Source: Okamejei kenojei (lineage: Eukaryota). Taken from it: a stretch of DNA of 64,000 nt. Made by a program: the position numbers and the translations under genes. The DNA lies in the NCBI GenBank assembly GCA_035221665.1, contig CM069157.1, positions 27,528,001 to 27,592,000 on the forward strand, given 5' to 3'. The first letter of the stretch is position 1, and every line of letters begins with the position of its first letter. Positions 50,070 to 62,870 of this stretch are shown one piece after another. Below the pieces are notes generated by a model that saw only the letters and a list, made by a program, of their open reading frames with translations, searched no databases and was not told where the DNA came from.

Positions 50070-50929
50070 GATGCTGTTTGTTCACTAATGTCCTCGAACA
50101 AACCTCTGAGGCCTTCACAGAACAGCTGTGTTTATACTAAGATTAGGTTACACACAAGTGGACTCTATTTACTAATTAGGTGACTTCTGAAGGCAATTGA
50201 TATCACTGGATTTTATTTAGGGGTATCAGAGTAAAGGGGGCTGAATATTTTTGCACGCCACACTTTTCCGTTTTTTATTTGTAAAAAAATTTGAAAACCA
50301 TGTATCATTTTCCTTCCACTTCACAATTATGCGCCACTTTGTGTTGGTCTATCACATAAAATCCCAATAAAATACATTTACGTTTGTGGTTGTAACGTGA
50401 CAAAATGTGGAAAAGTTCAAGTGGTATGAAAACTTTTGCAAGCCACTGTATGTACCTGTGATGCTGCAGTAAGCAAGATTTTCATTGTACTTGTATGTCA
50501 CTGTACTTATGCAATAAACTCAACTTGACATCAGTGAGGAGCAGATAGGTTTGGAGCAGTGGACTTGGCAGCATGGCTGGTTTTCACCAGTGCAGACAGC
50601 CACTGACTGCATTCACGTGAACACGAACTCCCACTAATAACCCGGACCTTTATACCAACAAGAAAGCTTTGCAGTCTCTTGGTGTGTAGGTCATTGTGGA
50701 TCGTGAGAAGCATTTGCTGGTGATGAGAGACACGTTTCCAGAGATCACACGCACAACCCCTTCATCCTGAGGGACCCCACACTGCCCAGAGGGATCCTGG
50801 TGGAACAAGGGGCCCTTTACTTTCCTCGCTGCTCACACCAGTGTAGCTCTCAAACTCCAGCAACTGAACACAGATCCAACAGGGCTGCAAAGCACTAGTA
50901 TTCTGCACAGACCACAGAATAGTAAAGCA

Positions 50930-51985
50930 CAGTTTAGACTTTAGGTATACAGCTTGGAACAGGCCCTTCAGCCCACCGAGTCCATGCAGACCAGCGATCA
51001 CCCCGTACACTAGCACTAACGTGCACACTAGCTACAGTTTACAATATTTGCTGAAGCCACTTAACCTACAAACCTGTACGTCTTTGGAGTGTGTTAGGAC
51101 CCCAGAACCCACGGAGAAAACCCACTCAGGTCACGGGGAGAACGTACAAACTCCATACAGACAGGACCCGCAGTCAGGATCGAACAATGGTCCCTGGCGC
51201 TGTAAGGCAGCAATTCTACCACTGCACCAGTGTGTCGCCAAATGGAAGAGGCCCTTTGGCCCACAATGTCCGTGCCGAACGTGGTACCAATACAAACACT
51301 TTTGCCTGCACGTATTCCTCTGTTCCCTGCATATCCACGTGCCTCTCCAAACCTAGACTCTCATGTTGGTCTCCAAGTCATCTTACAGGCACCCACCACC
51401 ATCTGTGTGATAAACTTGCCCCACTCATTGCCTTTAAACTTTGCCCTAGTCACCTTGAAGCTAAGCTACTAGTATTTGATATTTCCACCCTGGGAAAAGG
51501 ATTCTGACTGTCCACATTGTCTGTGTTCCTTCGAATTCGATACAACTCACTCAGGTCTCCCCTCAACCTCTGGTGCTCTAGAGCAAAAAATTCCAAGTGT
51601 TCCACCTCTCCTTGTAGCTAAAACCTTTTAATCTAGTCATCATTCTGGTAAACCACGTGTGTACGCTTTCCAAAACCCCCTCATCCTTCCTGTATTGGGA
51701 CGACCAGAACTGAGCACAATACGCAAATGCGGCCTAACCAAAGTCGTCTAAAGTTGACTTCCTGACTCTTATAATCAATGGCTCGATCAATGAAGGTAAA
51801 GATTCCATACACCCTCTTCACTACTCTATCTGCATGTGTTGCCACTTTCAGAGAGCGATGGGCTTAGACCCCAAGATCACTCCGTACGTCAATGCTATTA
51901 AGGATTTTGCCATTAATGGTATATCTTTGCATCCAATCTCCCAAAGTGCAACACCTCACACTTACTTGGATTAAACTCTGAACTT
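50930..51985 (-). mobile_element. HE1-like SINE (50930-51240) followed by a CR1 fragment (51250-51985)
   Basis: SINE core; CR1 RT YTINGKILNSIDVRSDLGV. Confidence 0.75.
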
Positions 51986-53259
51986 TGGGGCCTTGTACAT
52001 ACAGCATCCCAGGTAGTGAAACAGGTTTAAAAAATATAATAATGTATTTTTTGAATGTGAGCTTTATAGAGTGGTTCACTCTCTCTCTTGGTGCCCAGAA
52101 CATGTTACATACCGTGCTAATACCGGGTTTGCCACATGAATTCAAGAAATTGAACCAATTGGAGAATTTGGACAGAGGGATGAAGCAGCGAGTCCTGGTC
52201 AGAATGCAATTGAAGAGCAGGAGAGCAGAAAGAATCACTAATGGGGGCATGAGAGAGGGTCTTACAGAACTCCCAACGGAGAAGGGAGGAGAACTTCTTC
52301 AAAGCCGGAGAGAGGAGGAGAACTTCTTCCACAACATGCAGGAGAAATTCAGGAAGTCAGGCAGCATCTCAAGAGTACATAGATGGTTGATATTTTGCGT
52401 TGGGACCCTTGCTCAGACTCCAAGGAAGGGTCCCGACCCAAGACATTGCCTATCCACGCTCGCCAAAGATGCTGTCTGACCTGCTGAGCGACTCCAGTTT
52501 TCTTTTGCATCTGCAGTTGTTTGTTTCTTCTTGTTTATTTAAGTTTAGAGATAAGCATGGAAACAGGCCCTTCGGTCCACTGAGTCCACACTGACCTATT
52601 CACCTATTCAAAGTGGGATCTATGTTATCCCACTTTCTCACCCACTCCATGCACTAGAGGCGATTTTACAGAGGCCAATTAACCTACTAACCCGCACGGC
52701 TTTGGGATGTGGGAGGAAACTGGAGCACCCGGAGAAAACCCAGGCAATCACAGGGAGAGCGTGCAAACTCCAGCACAGAGCTCACAGGTGATTTACAAAA
52801 ACGCTGCAGTGATCTGAGGGAGCACCAGTGCATTATTCAACAGACCACTGACCATTGCAAACTGGGGAACACTGTACGGGGGGGGGGGGGCATCAATGTG
52901 ACAGTGCAGGCTCTTTTACTGCCGTCTCATTGAGTCCTGAATCCTCTACTCAAACGGGCTGAAGAGACTCAGTTGTTGGCTGCACTCGACAGAGAATAAT
53001 GGATTTGTGAAGGAGGACACAAAGGAATATAAAGGGGTTAAGTGAGTGGGAAAGATCTGCCAAACAGGTATAATGCTGGAAAATGTGAGATTGTCTGATT
53101 TGGCAGAAAAAAGAATAAAATGGTGAGAGATTGCAGAATTCAATTGTGCACAGGGTTCTTGGTGCACGATTCACAAAAGGTTCCTTCGAGCAGAGCACGG
53201 AATTAGTAAAACCTAACAAAACCTTTTTTTTGGGAGGGGAACTGAATTCCCACAGAGGG

Positions 53260-54110
53260 AGTTTATAGCAAGCATATTGACTGGTTGCATCACGGCCTGG
53301 CTCGGCAACTCGAACACCCAGGAACTAAGGAGATTACAGAGAGTGTGGACACTGCCCGGTTGATGACAGGTACTGACCTCCACACCATCGAAGGAATCAA
53401 TAAGAGGTGCTGCCTCAGAAAGGCAGCCTGCATGATCAGTGACCCATACCACCCTGGCCATGCTCTCATTTCACTGCTGTTGTCAGGAAGAAGATATAGG
53501 ACTCTGAAAACCATGACCACAGGTTCAAGAATAGCTTCTTTCCAGCAACCATCAGACTCTTGAACACTACACAACACTAACTAAACTCTGAACTATGAAC
53601 TGTCTTAAGGGCCTGTCCCACTTACGCGACTTTTTCGGCAACTGCCGGCACCCGTCATAGGTCGTTGCAGGTCGCTGAAAATGTTCAACATGTTGAAAAT
53701 CCAGCGGCGACCAGAACAAGGTACGACTCTTTGGGCGACTACTCACGGCCGTACAGGCTTCACCCGGCGACATGTTGCCAGTGCGTCGCCTGTATGGTCG
53801 TGAGTAGTCTGCTAGTCACCCAAAGAGTCGTACCGTCTTTGTGGTGGCCACTGAATTTTCAACGTGTGGATAGTTTTCGCCGACCTGCAACGACCTATGC
53901 AGGCAGTCGCCGAAAAAAGTCGCGTAAGTGGGACAGGTCCTTCAGTTGTACTAAGAACTCTGGGCATTTTGCACTGGTGTTGGAGTTTTTAATTTATATA
54001 TTTTTTTGTTTATTATGCAATCTATGAGTACTATGTTCACAGGCCTGTTATGCTGGTGTAAGGAAGAATGTCATTGTTTTGTTGTAAGTTAATTAACACT
54101 CTTGCCTCTT
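53260..54110 (+). mobile_element. Rex1/Babar-like LINE 3' end hosting MITE copy 6
   Basis: CLRKAACMISDPYHPGHALISLLLSGRRYRTLK motif; 3' UTR split by the MITE. Confidence 0.8.
53607..53942. mobile_element. MITE with AAGGGCCTGTCCCACTT TIRs (copy 6)
   Basis: tt|aagggcctgtcccacttacgcgactttttcggc ... gccgaaaaaagtcgcgtaagtgggacaggtcctt|ca. Confidence 0.92.
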
Positions 54111-55049
54111 GAACTTCTATGGACCGTCTTTCCTTGTACTAAGGACTTTCGGGAATTTTATTTTTTTTGCATTCGTATTTCGGTTAATAATTTGTTTATT
54201 TTTTGTTTCTTACGTATTATCTGTGAGCATTGCATTTACAGGCCTGTAATGTAGCTACACGTAAGAATATTATTGATCCATTGTCGATACATATAATAAT
54301 TAAGCACTCTTATCTCTTGAGATTGTGCGTCTGTTCAACGAGGCATTGGTGAAACCACATCTGGAATATGTGTGTATTATTGGTCTTCTTACTTGCAGAA
54401 GGATGTTAATGCAATTCAAAGAAAGTTTATCAGACTATGGGTTTTAAGGGTTTTAGGGGGCTACCCATTTAGGACTGTGTACTCATGTCTTGTGTTTTTT
54501 TTAGTTTTTTATCTGTTCACTGTCCTGCACAATTGATGTGTAACTTATGTTTTGTACATTGTTTGAGTCTATGTATGTGTAAAGCCGCTGCATACAAGAT
54601 TTTCATTGTCCCTGTATCTCGGTGTACTCGTGCGTTGACTTGAACACATGAGCACTTGAATTAGAAGCACGAGGCTGACCATTTAAAACAAGTCCTTGGT
54701 AGTGTAATAGGTGGTCCATTGCTGAGGGAGAACTAGAGTTATGCGGATTAGTTCGAGAGCCTGATAGTTGTAGGAATGTAGTTGTTCCTGAACCTATGGC
54801 TTCAGTACCTCCTGCCCGATGGTGCCAGCGGGAAGAGGTGATGGCCTGCATGGTGAAGATCCTTGGTGATTGATGCCACCTTCATGCTTTCGATGATGGG
54901 GAGTGCATGTGCATGTGAGGAGCCGGGCTGAGTTCAGTCTGGTTGAGTGGATATGAGGAATATTAAGGGATACAGGAATAAGTGATACAGGAATAATGGA
55001 GGAATTATTCCTCCATTATTCCTGTATCCCTGGTTGTGGTGGATACATG

Positions 55050-56000
55050 GAATGAGCATGGAATGAGCTGCCGGAGGAGGTTGTTGTGGCAGGTGCTATC
55101 GCAAAGTTTAAGTAACATTTAGACGGGTACGTGGATAGGACTGGTTTAGAGGGATATGGACCAAACACAGGCAGGTGGGACATGTTGGCCAGTTTGAGTA
55201 AATTGGGCGGAAAGGCAGGTTTCCATGCTCTAAGATGCTCTATGCCTATGACATTGAACAGGTTAGAAGGGCTGTAAGGTCTATTGCTGTTCCTAATTCT
55301 CATTGTTCATTCCCGCACAACACACTCCTGGTTTCTCCATGAATAAACAGTGCGAGTCTTGCATATTCCTCCAAAGCTTAATTTGCCTCAGACAGTGAGG
55401 AACCATTTGTTGAGTGACCAATTATCACAGAACACAACAACAATACAACAGACCGTCCGGCCCACAATGTCCATCCCGAACATGATGCCAAGTTAAACTA
55501 CTCTCCTCTGCCTGCACGTGATTCACATTCCTCCACTCCCTGCATATCCGTGTCCTCGCCTAAAAGCCTCTTCAATGGCACCATCGTGTCTACCACCCTC
55601 GGCAGTGGATTCTATGCACCCACCACCCTCTGCCTAAAAAAACTTGCCTGTACATCTCCTTTAACCATCCCTCTTCTGACCTTAAAAAATGCCCTCCAGT
55701 CTTGGAGATTTCCATCCTGGGAAAAATGTTCTGACGGTCTACCCTATTTATTCTTCTCTTAATTTTATATACTTCCAGCGGGTCTCTTCCCAACCTCCAA
55801 TGTTACGGAGAAAGCAATCCAAGTTTGACCAACATAGCTAATTCACTTTAATCCAAGCAGCATTCTGGTAAATCTCTTCTGCGCCCTTCCCAAACCCACC
55901 ACATCCTTCCTATAATGAGGGCGACCAGAACTGCACATAATACTCCAAATGTGGCTGAGCCGAAGTCCTATAAAACAGTATCATGACTTCCTGACTTGGA
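55050..56000. mobile_element. CR1 fragments (55050-55250 +, 55430-56000 -)
   Basis: WNELPEEVV; PHLEYYVQFWSP; LEVYKI motifs. Confidence 0.75.
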
Positions 56001-56484
56001 TGAGGTTCAGGATTGAATTTACATTTGATGCTTTCTGAAGGAAACTGACAAATTTCTGACGGAGTCGTAACAGTATGGAACTTAGAAACAACTGCAGATG
56101 CTAGAATTTTGTGCAAAACACAAAGTGATGGAGGAATCTGCAGGTCGGGCAGCATCTGTGGAAGATATGGACGGGCAATGTTTCAGGTTGGGATCATTCT
56201 TAAGGCTGAGGACTGAAGAAGGATCCCAACCCAAAACGTCATCTATCCATTTCCTCTACAGATGCAGCCTGACCTGTTGAGTTCTTCCAGCAGTTTGTAG
56301 TTTAAAACAACATTGATGTTTTTCATTACAGTTTACACAGTTCAGAGCTCCCTCCTATGTATGTACTAATGCATGGAACAGAGGGCAGAACTATCAACTC
56401 CAGGCTCTGCACAACCTAGTCAAAGTGTTGCCATTGACACTATTCTCTCAGTTTGAGCCAGGTTGCTGGAGTAAAGGTAGTAAC

Positions 56485-56700
56485 AAGGATCTGCAGATGC
56501 TGGTTTATACAGAGGACACAAAGTATTGGAATAACTCAGCAGGTCAGGCAGCAACTCTGGAGGACGTGGATTGGTGACATTTCGGATCGGGACCCTTCCT
56601 CAGACTGATTGAGTCTGCAGCCTGAAGAAGGGTCCCGACTGGAAACACCACCTGCCTGTGTTCTCCAGAGATGCCGCCTGAGTCACCCCAGCTTATTTTG
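56485..56700. mobile_element. Back-to-back Penelope pLTR-end palindrome with two hammerhead-like motifs
   Basis: Minus strand 56573-56608: CTGAGGAAGGGTCCCGATCCGAAATGTC; plus strand 56622-56650: CTGAAGAAGGGTCCCGACTGGAAAC. Similar palindromes at 56085-56300 and 58880-59055. Confidence 0.7.
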
Positions 56701-57239
56701 TCGTTTTGGTGGAGAAAAGGGTTTGTTATAAACATAAAATCATGTACAAAGTCTCTTGCCTCTTTCCATCCAAACCATATTAACTCTGTTATCTTTTGAT
56801 TTCATGATATATTATTATTATTGCAGAGCAGTCTTTAAAATTGCTGTCTCCTGTCAAAAAGGGAATTGGTTTTTTTGAAAGAAATTCCACATTTAGTTCC
56901 CAGTGCGCTTAACCACCGAACTACGTTAACAAAGCAAAATATGACTACATTAATCTACTGATATAGATCAGCAGGTCAGAATTTCCACTTCAAGAATAAA
57001 ATATGGTCTATAATATCTCATTATAATGAAAACACTAACATGCAGGAAATGTATCTATGAAAACATATAAATGAGGGGACTGCTTTGGCTCAGCTCCCAA
57101 GGAAAGGATAACATAATTTACCAAAAAAGGTCGCAAACCCTGAGAAAATGGGACAGGTTGACTCAACATAACACTGTAGGATCCTCTGCTCCTCTATTTC
57201 AACTAACTTGCAAAAGTTAATAAACCCTCCGATGGCATT

Positions 57240-57725
57240 AAGCTGGAAAGAGTGTGGAGAAGATTTTGCCAGGACTCGAGGGCGTGAGATGTAGGCAGCA
57301 GTTGGGTAGACTGTGACTTTATTCTTTGGAGTGCAGGAATCTGAGAGGTCATCTTATAGAGATGCATGAAACCATGGGGGGGATAGATAGGGTGAATGCA
57401 CAGAGTAATTTACCAAGGAAGGGAAAATCAAGAACCAAGAAGCAGCAGTTTAAGGTGAGTGGGGAATGATTTAATGGAAATATGAGGGGCAACTTTTTCA
57501 CACAAAAGGTAGTGGGTATCTGGAATGAGCTGCCAGAGGAGGAAGTTGAGGCAGGTACTATAACAATATTTAAAAGCCATTTGGACAGGTGCATGGTAGA
57601 AAAGGTTTAGAGGGACATGGGTCGAACTCGGAGAAAATAGGACAAGCTTGGATGGGGCATCCTGGTTGGCATGGACAAGTTGGGCCGAAGGACCTATTCC
57701 GTGCTGCAAGACTCTATGACTCTAC
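57240..57725 (+). mobile_element. CR1 LINE 3' end
   Basis: NFFTQKVVGIWNELPEE..FKSHLD. Confidence 0.8.
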
Positions 57726-59754
57726 GGGCTTAGGCCACTGGTGACTCCAGCTGCAGTCCTGCTCTTGGTCGGGTTGGCAGCAGAGGGCATGCGCCACATG
57801 TGTACAGGAGCTGGCGCTGGGGCACACAGTAGGAGTGACTCATGCCGTGCGGAGCACGTGTACAGTAGCTGGCACACACACACTGCACAGTGTCGGAGAT
57901 GAATGCTGTTCGGGGGCTGATCTTATTGTATGTGCTCAGAAGCTAACAGTGAGATTATCCAGGAACCAGAGCAGACAGTGTTAGTTTGCGGCCTTTAATC
58001 CATAGTGCAGATAGCGAGGCACTGAGTTGGAGATGATCAGGTGGGATGCAGCCCTGCCTGCCATATAAAGACTGGAAAACCTAACCCTATCAGCAAGTGA
58101 TTTCATAATCCGTCGGTGATACTTTCAGAGAATACCAGAAAATTGACTTGAGCCGTACAGCCCAGTCACCCACACACAATCCGCCAATTAACCCTCGCAG
58201 GGAGTTTTCACACCGATCTACCACGTGGTATCAAACTCAACAACCCAACTCCATTTGGACTCAGTGCCTGCGTGTTAAGAAACAGGAAGAATAATTCAGA
58301 ATAATTCAGAATAATTCAGGGTGCACTGAAGTAGGGTCTCAATCCGAAACGTCACCCATTCCTTCTCTCCAGAGATGCTGCCTGTCCCGCTTGAGTTACT
58401 CCAGCATTTTATGTCTATCTTCGGTGTAAACCAGTATCCGCAGCTCCTTCCTACACTAATAATCTCTTGTTTCGAACAGGGTTGGAGATGGCTGGAATGA
58501 GACCTGATCCAAGCCCTCCTAACCAACACGCAGTTGAACGCCCGCCCTCAATTGTTGGAGGAGGACTTCAAGGAGGACCATTCGAGCGCAGGGTCTGCAG
58601 TCACAGGGGCTCCGCTCAGCTGGATGGCAAGAACAATCCGCCCCCCCCAAGCCAGAGCTGTGGAGCAGGGTTGTTTCCAGAACAGTGGCGTGCGGTCTGC
58701 GACACAGTTAGACATTACTTCCCTGCCTAATCCGTCACTGTCAAACATCATCACCAGATCAAATCCAGAGAGAGAGATGCGAAGAGATGCGCCTGGCAGT
58801 GACGTTACCTAAGCAAAACATAAAGCACCAGAGGAACTCAGCAGGTCACGCAGCATCTTTTCAGATTACGAAATGTGTGGGAAGGAACTGCAGATGCTGG
58901 TTTAAACCAAAGAAAGACACAAAAAGCTGGAGTAGCTCAGCGGGACAAGCAGCATCTCTGGAGAATAAGGGTCTCGACCTGAAGCGTCACCCAATCCATG
59001 TCCTCCAGAGCTGCTGCCTGTCCCGCTGAGTTACTCCAGCATTTTGTGTCTATCTTTTTAGTTTAATTTAGAGATACCATACATAAAGAGCACAGAGAGA
59101 ACATTAAAACTCTGTATAGACAGCACCCGTAGTCAGGATGGAACCCAAGTCTCTGCTGCTGTGCCACCTTGCCATCCCTCTGTGGAGGGAACAGGTAGGT
59201 GACATTTCAAGTCGGGACCCTTCTGGAATCAGTCCAGAAAAGGATACCAAAACTTCCTCTGCCCATTCCCTCCACAGATGCTGCCTGACCTGCTGAGTTC
59301 CTCCGGGCTCGTGGTTTGCTCAAGACTCCAGCACCTGCAGTTCCGTGTGTCTCCAGTGGAGTTACTGAGACAGGATAGTCTGTAAATATAAGGAGCCTCC
59401 ACACATCAGCAGCACCCACCACACTGCTGTCAGAAGCTCAACAGAACCTGTCCCCTCATTTTAACCCTTTCCAACAACTATTTACACAACTCTAGCATTT
59501 GATATTTCCACCCTGGGAAACAGATTCTGACTATCTACACCTCTCATAACTTTATATGCTTTGATCCTGGGAAAACAGGACCTTCCTATCCAAAATCTCG
59601 CCTTAAATAAAGTCCTTCAACATCCCGGTTAATTTTCTCTGCACCCTTTCCAGTAAAAACACATCCCCCCTTTTGTGTGGTGATTAGGTCTGCACACAGT
59701 ACTGCAGCTGATTTAGCTTAGCCTTCTCCTATCCATGTGCACATAACAGAGGCT

Positions 59755-60325
59755 TTATAAGACACAGGTCAGGTGGCATTTGGAGTGGTGTCAGCAGTTT
59801 AGGGCCCTATATCTGAGGATGAATGTACTGGCATTAGAGAGGGTTCAGAGGAGATTTACCAGAATGATCCCAGAAATGATTGGGTTAACATATGATGAGC
59901 AGTTGACGGCACTGGGCCTGTACTCGCTGGAGTTTAAAAGGATGAGTGGGGACCTCATTGAAACTTCCCGAATAGAGAAAGGTCTGAATAGAGTGAATGT
60001 GGAGCAGATGTTTCCACTCGTGGAAGAGTTTAGGACCAGAGGCCAAAGCCTCAGAATAAAAGGAAGCCCCTTTAGAGCGGAGATGATGTCTTTGGTCAGA
60101 GGGTGGTGAATCTGTGGAATTCTTTGCCACAGACGGCTGTGGAGGCCGTCACTGGATATATTTAAGGCGGAGGTTGACATATTCTTGATTAGTACGGGTG
60201 TCAGGGGTTATGGGGAGAAGGCAGGAGAATGGGGTTTAAAGGGAAAGATCGATCAATCATGGCAGAGTAGTCTTGATGGTCTGAATGGCCTAATCCTGCT
60301 CCAATAACCTATGAATTTATGAACA
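59755..60325 (+). mobile_element. CR1 LINE 3' end
   Basis: LERVQRRFTRMIP..LGLYSLE..GDLIE..TRG in ORF 59780-60109. Confidence 0.88.
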
Positions 60326-60867
60326 CATAACTCTACGGATGACCATGTGATTTTCATTTACAGATTTTTTTGTTGCTGTTATTTATCTCATTAGGGAGTG
60401 ACACTGCAGTTAGAACAAGCAAACAAACCAGTAGACTGCTAGAAGGTATTGTAGACCAGAAATCACCTTGCTATTTATTGATGGTGTTAAAAGAGTGTTG
60501 TGTCAGCCTCTTGCTGCTTGTGAACGTTCCACACAGATCATCAGCCTCCTCTGTGAGTTGCTCAGGGTGGTCAGGTCTGGCTGTGTAGTGCTGTGCCGTC
60601 ACTGCATCGCTCCTTTGCAAGCTCTCACAGCCGCTGCCTTTTAATCTCACGGCTGTGACCTCAGCAACCGGCCCTTGCAGGGAGGGGGATGAAAAGCAAC
60701 TGGGGAGTCCTGCAGATTAAAGGTTGGATGTTGCAGGGGATGGGCAGTGGGCGAGAGCCTTCCCCAGGTGGCCAGAGGGATGGGGAAGAGCTGTGCCCAT
60801 GGGAAGCATGTTCTGTGGTCACGTGGTCCTGGCAAGGCGTGACCAGGGGGCCTTAGTAGTGAGTTGA

Positions 60868-61175
60868 GGACGGCACAGTGGCACTGCGGAAGACTTGCTG
60901 CCTTACAGCGCCAGAGACCTGGGATCGATCCTGACTACGGGTGCTTGTCGCTCTCCCCGTGACACGCGTGGGTTTTCTCCGGCATCTCCGATTTCCTCCC
61001 ACACCCCAAAGACGTACAGGTTTGTAGGTTAATTGGCTTGGTATAATTGTAAAATTGTCCCTGGTGTGTGTAGGATGGGGCTAATGTTCGGGGATCGCTG
61101 GCCGGCACGGACTCGGTGGGCCGAAGGGCCTGTTTCCGCACTGTATCTCTGAACTAAACTAAACTAAACTAAATT
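60868..61175 (+). mobile_element. HE1-like SINE with (AAACT)n tail
   Basis: Head, core, CR1-like tail and tandem tail. Confidence 0.85.
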
Positions 61176-62322
61176 AAGAACATAGCATTGAAAAAGAATG
61201 TAGGACATAGATCAACACAGCACAGGCCCTTCGGCCCACAATGTCTGTACCAAATATGATGCCAAAAGAGACTAACTTCATCTGCCTGCAGGTCATCCCT
61301 ATTCCTCCATTCCCTGCATATCCTTGTGACTACCTAAAAGCCTCTGAAATGCCTCTGTCGTATCTGTCTCCACCACCAGCCCTGGCAGCATGTTCCAGGC
61401 ACCCACCACCCTCTGTGTAAAACCAAACCCTGCCCCACATATCTTGTGTACAGCACTACTTGACTCTGGATTAACCCAACAGCCCCATACTCTTTTGAGC
61501 TGTATGAAGCCAGCAGCAAGCAGATCAAAGCCAGCATAGGATGTGAGAGGGACAGTGGTGTTGCAGAGCAGTGCATATCATTATGACTAGTCTTGGAATC
61601 ATAGAGTTCAACCTGTCTAATTGTTCCTTAACTATATGGTAATGGTATCTGATTCCATAGCCTCCTCTGACAGTTGCTTCCCACATATCATGGTACATAG
61701 AACAGCACAGTGCAGGAGCAGGCTCTATGCCCCCTTGATAAACATGATGCCAAGTTCAACTAATCTCTTCTGCCTGCACATGGTCCTTACGTCTCCATTC
61801 CCTGCAGACTGTATCAATGTGCTAATCCCAATGTCTCTCAAATGCTGTATATGTGCCTATTGAGGGAGGCAGGAGATAGACAGGATGCCTGTGGTCACAG
61901 GGGAGTCAGTGACTAACGGAGAGCCGGTAGCCACTGAAGTTGTGATCGAGGGTCCAGCAGGGTACATTGTCCAACCTGTGCCGGGCTAATGGTCCTGCTC
62001 AGCTGCTGAGGAATTCTAAATGGAAGAAATCGCTGCTGTGTCCACTCCCGGACCCATGAGATCACGGGGTAGAAACACAAACACATAGAAAACAGGTGCA
62101 GGAGTAGGCCATTCAGCCCTTCGAAGCAGCACCAGCATGGCTGATCATTTAAAATCAGTAGCTCGTTCCTGCTTTCTCTCCATATCTCTTGATTCCTTTA
62201 GCCCTAAGAGCTAAATCGAACTCTATAGATAAGGGTAAGAGTGGGGAGGTCCTGCTGAGGGTTATCTGAAGCTCAGACCCCAATTAAACATTGAGATGCA
62301 GATGCAATCCCAATCTCCCAAT

Positions 62323-62870
62323 GGGCGGCACGGGGGCACGGCGGTGGAGTTGCTGCCTTACAGCGTCAGGGAACCGCGTTTGATCCTGACTACCGGTGCT
62401 GCCCGTATGAAGTTCGTACGTTCTCACCGCGACCACGAGAGTTTTCCCTGGGTGATCTAGTTTCCTCCCACATTCCAAAGACCTACAAGGTTTGTAGGTT
62501 AATTTGGCCTCGGTAAAAATTGTAAATTGTGTCGGATAGTGTTAGTGTGCAGGGCTCGCGGGTCGGTGCAGACTCAGTGGGCTGAACAAAGTGTTTTCTA
62601 CCGCGCTGTATCTCTAAACTAAGCAAAATCGCCATTCTGGTGCTGTCTGGGTGGAGTTTGCGCGTTCTCCTTGGAACTTGGGTACTCCAGTTTCCTCCCA
62701 CATCTCGAAGATTTGCAGGTCGATATTCAGTTGTAAATCTCTCCAAGTGTGTAGGTGGGTGGCAGAAGCTGGGGGAGTTGATAAGACTGTGGGGAGAAGA
62801 TAAAATTGGATCAATGTCAACGGGTGGTTGGCGCTGGCTTGGTGGGCCTTGGTGATTCCTACTGTATCTC
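62323..62870 (+). mobile_element. Two HE1-like SINEs (62323-62622 full, ~62640-62870 partial)
   Basis: Head, core and tail similarity to the other copies. Confidence 0.75.

Larger units (their letters stand above)
48258..50448 (-). mobile_element. Tc1 transposon 2 with damaged left TIR
   Basis: Right end ttgcaagccactg|TA; left outer TIR agtggcttgcaaaagtttcata at 48258; inner DR resumes at 48991. Confidence 0.9.

Noticed and set aside
51985-52479. 164-aa ORF as a host gene
   Set aside because: Non-ATG start, no recognisable domain, and it runs into a Penelope remnant.
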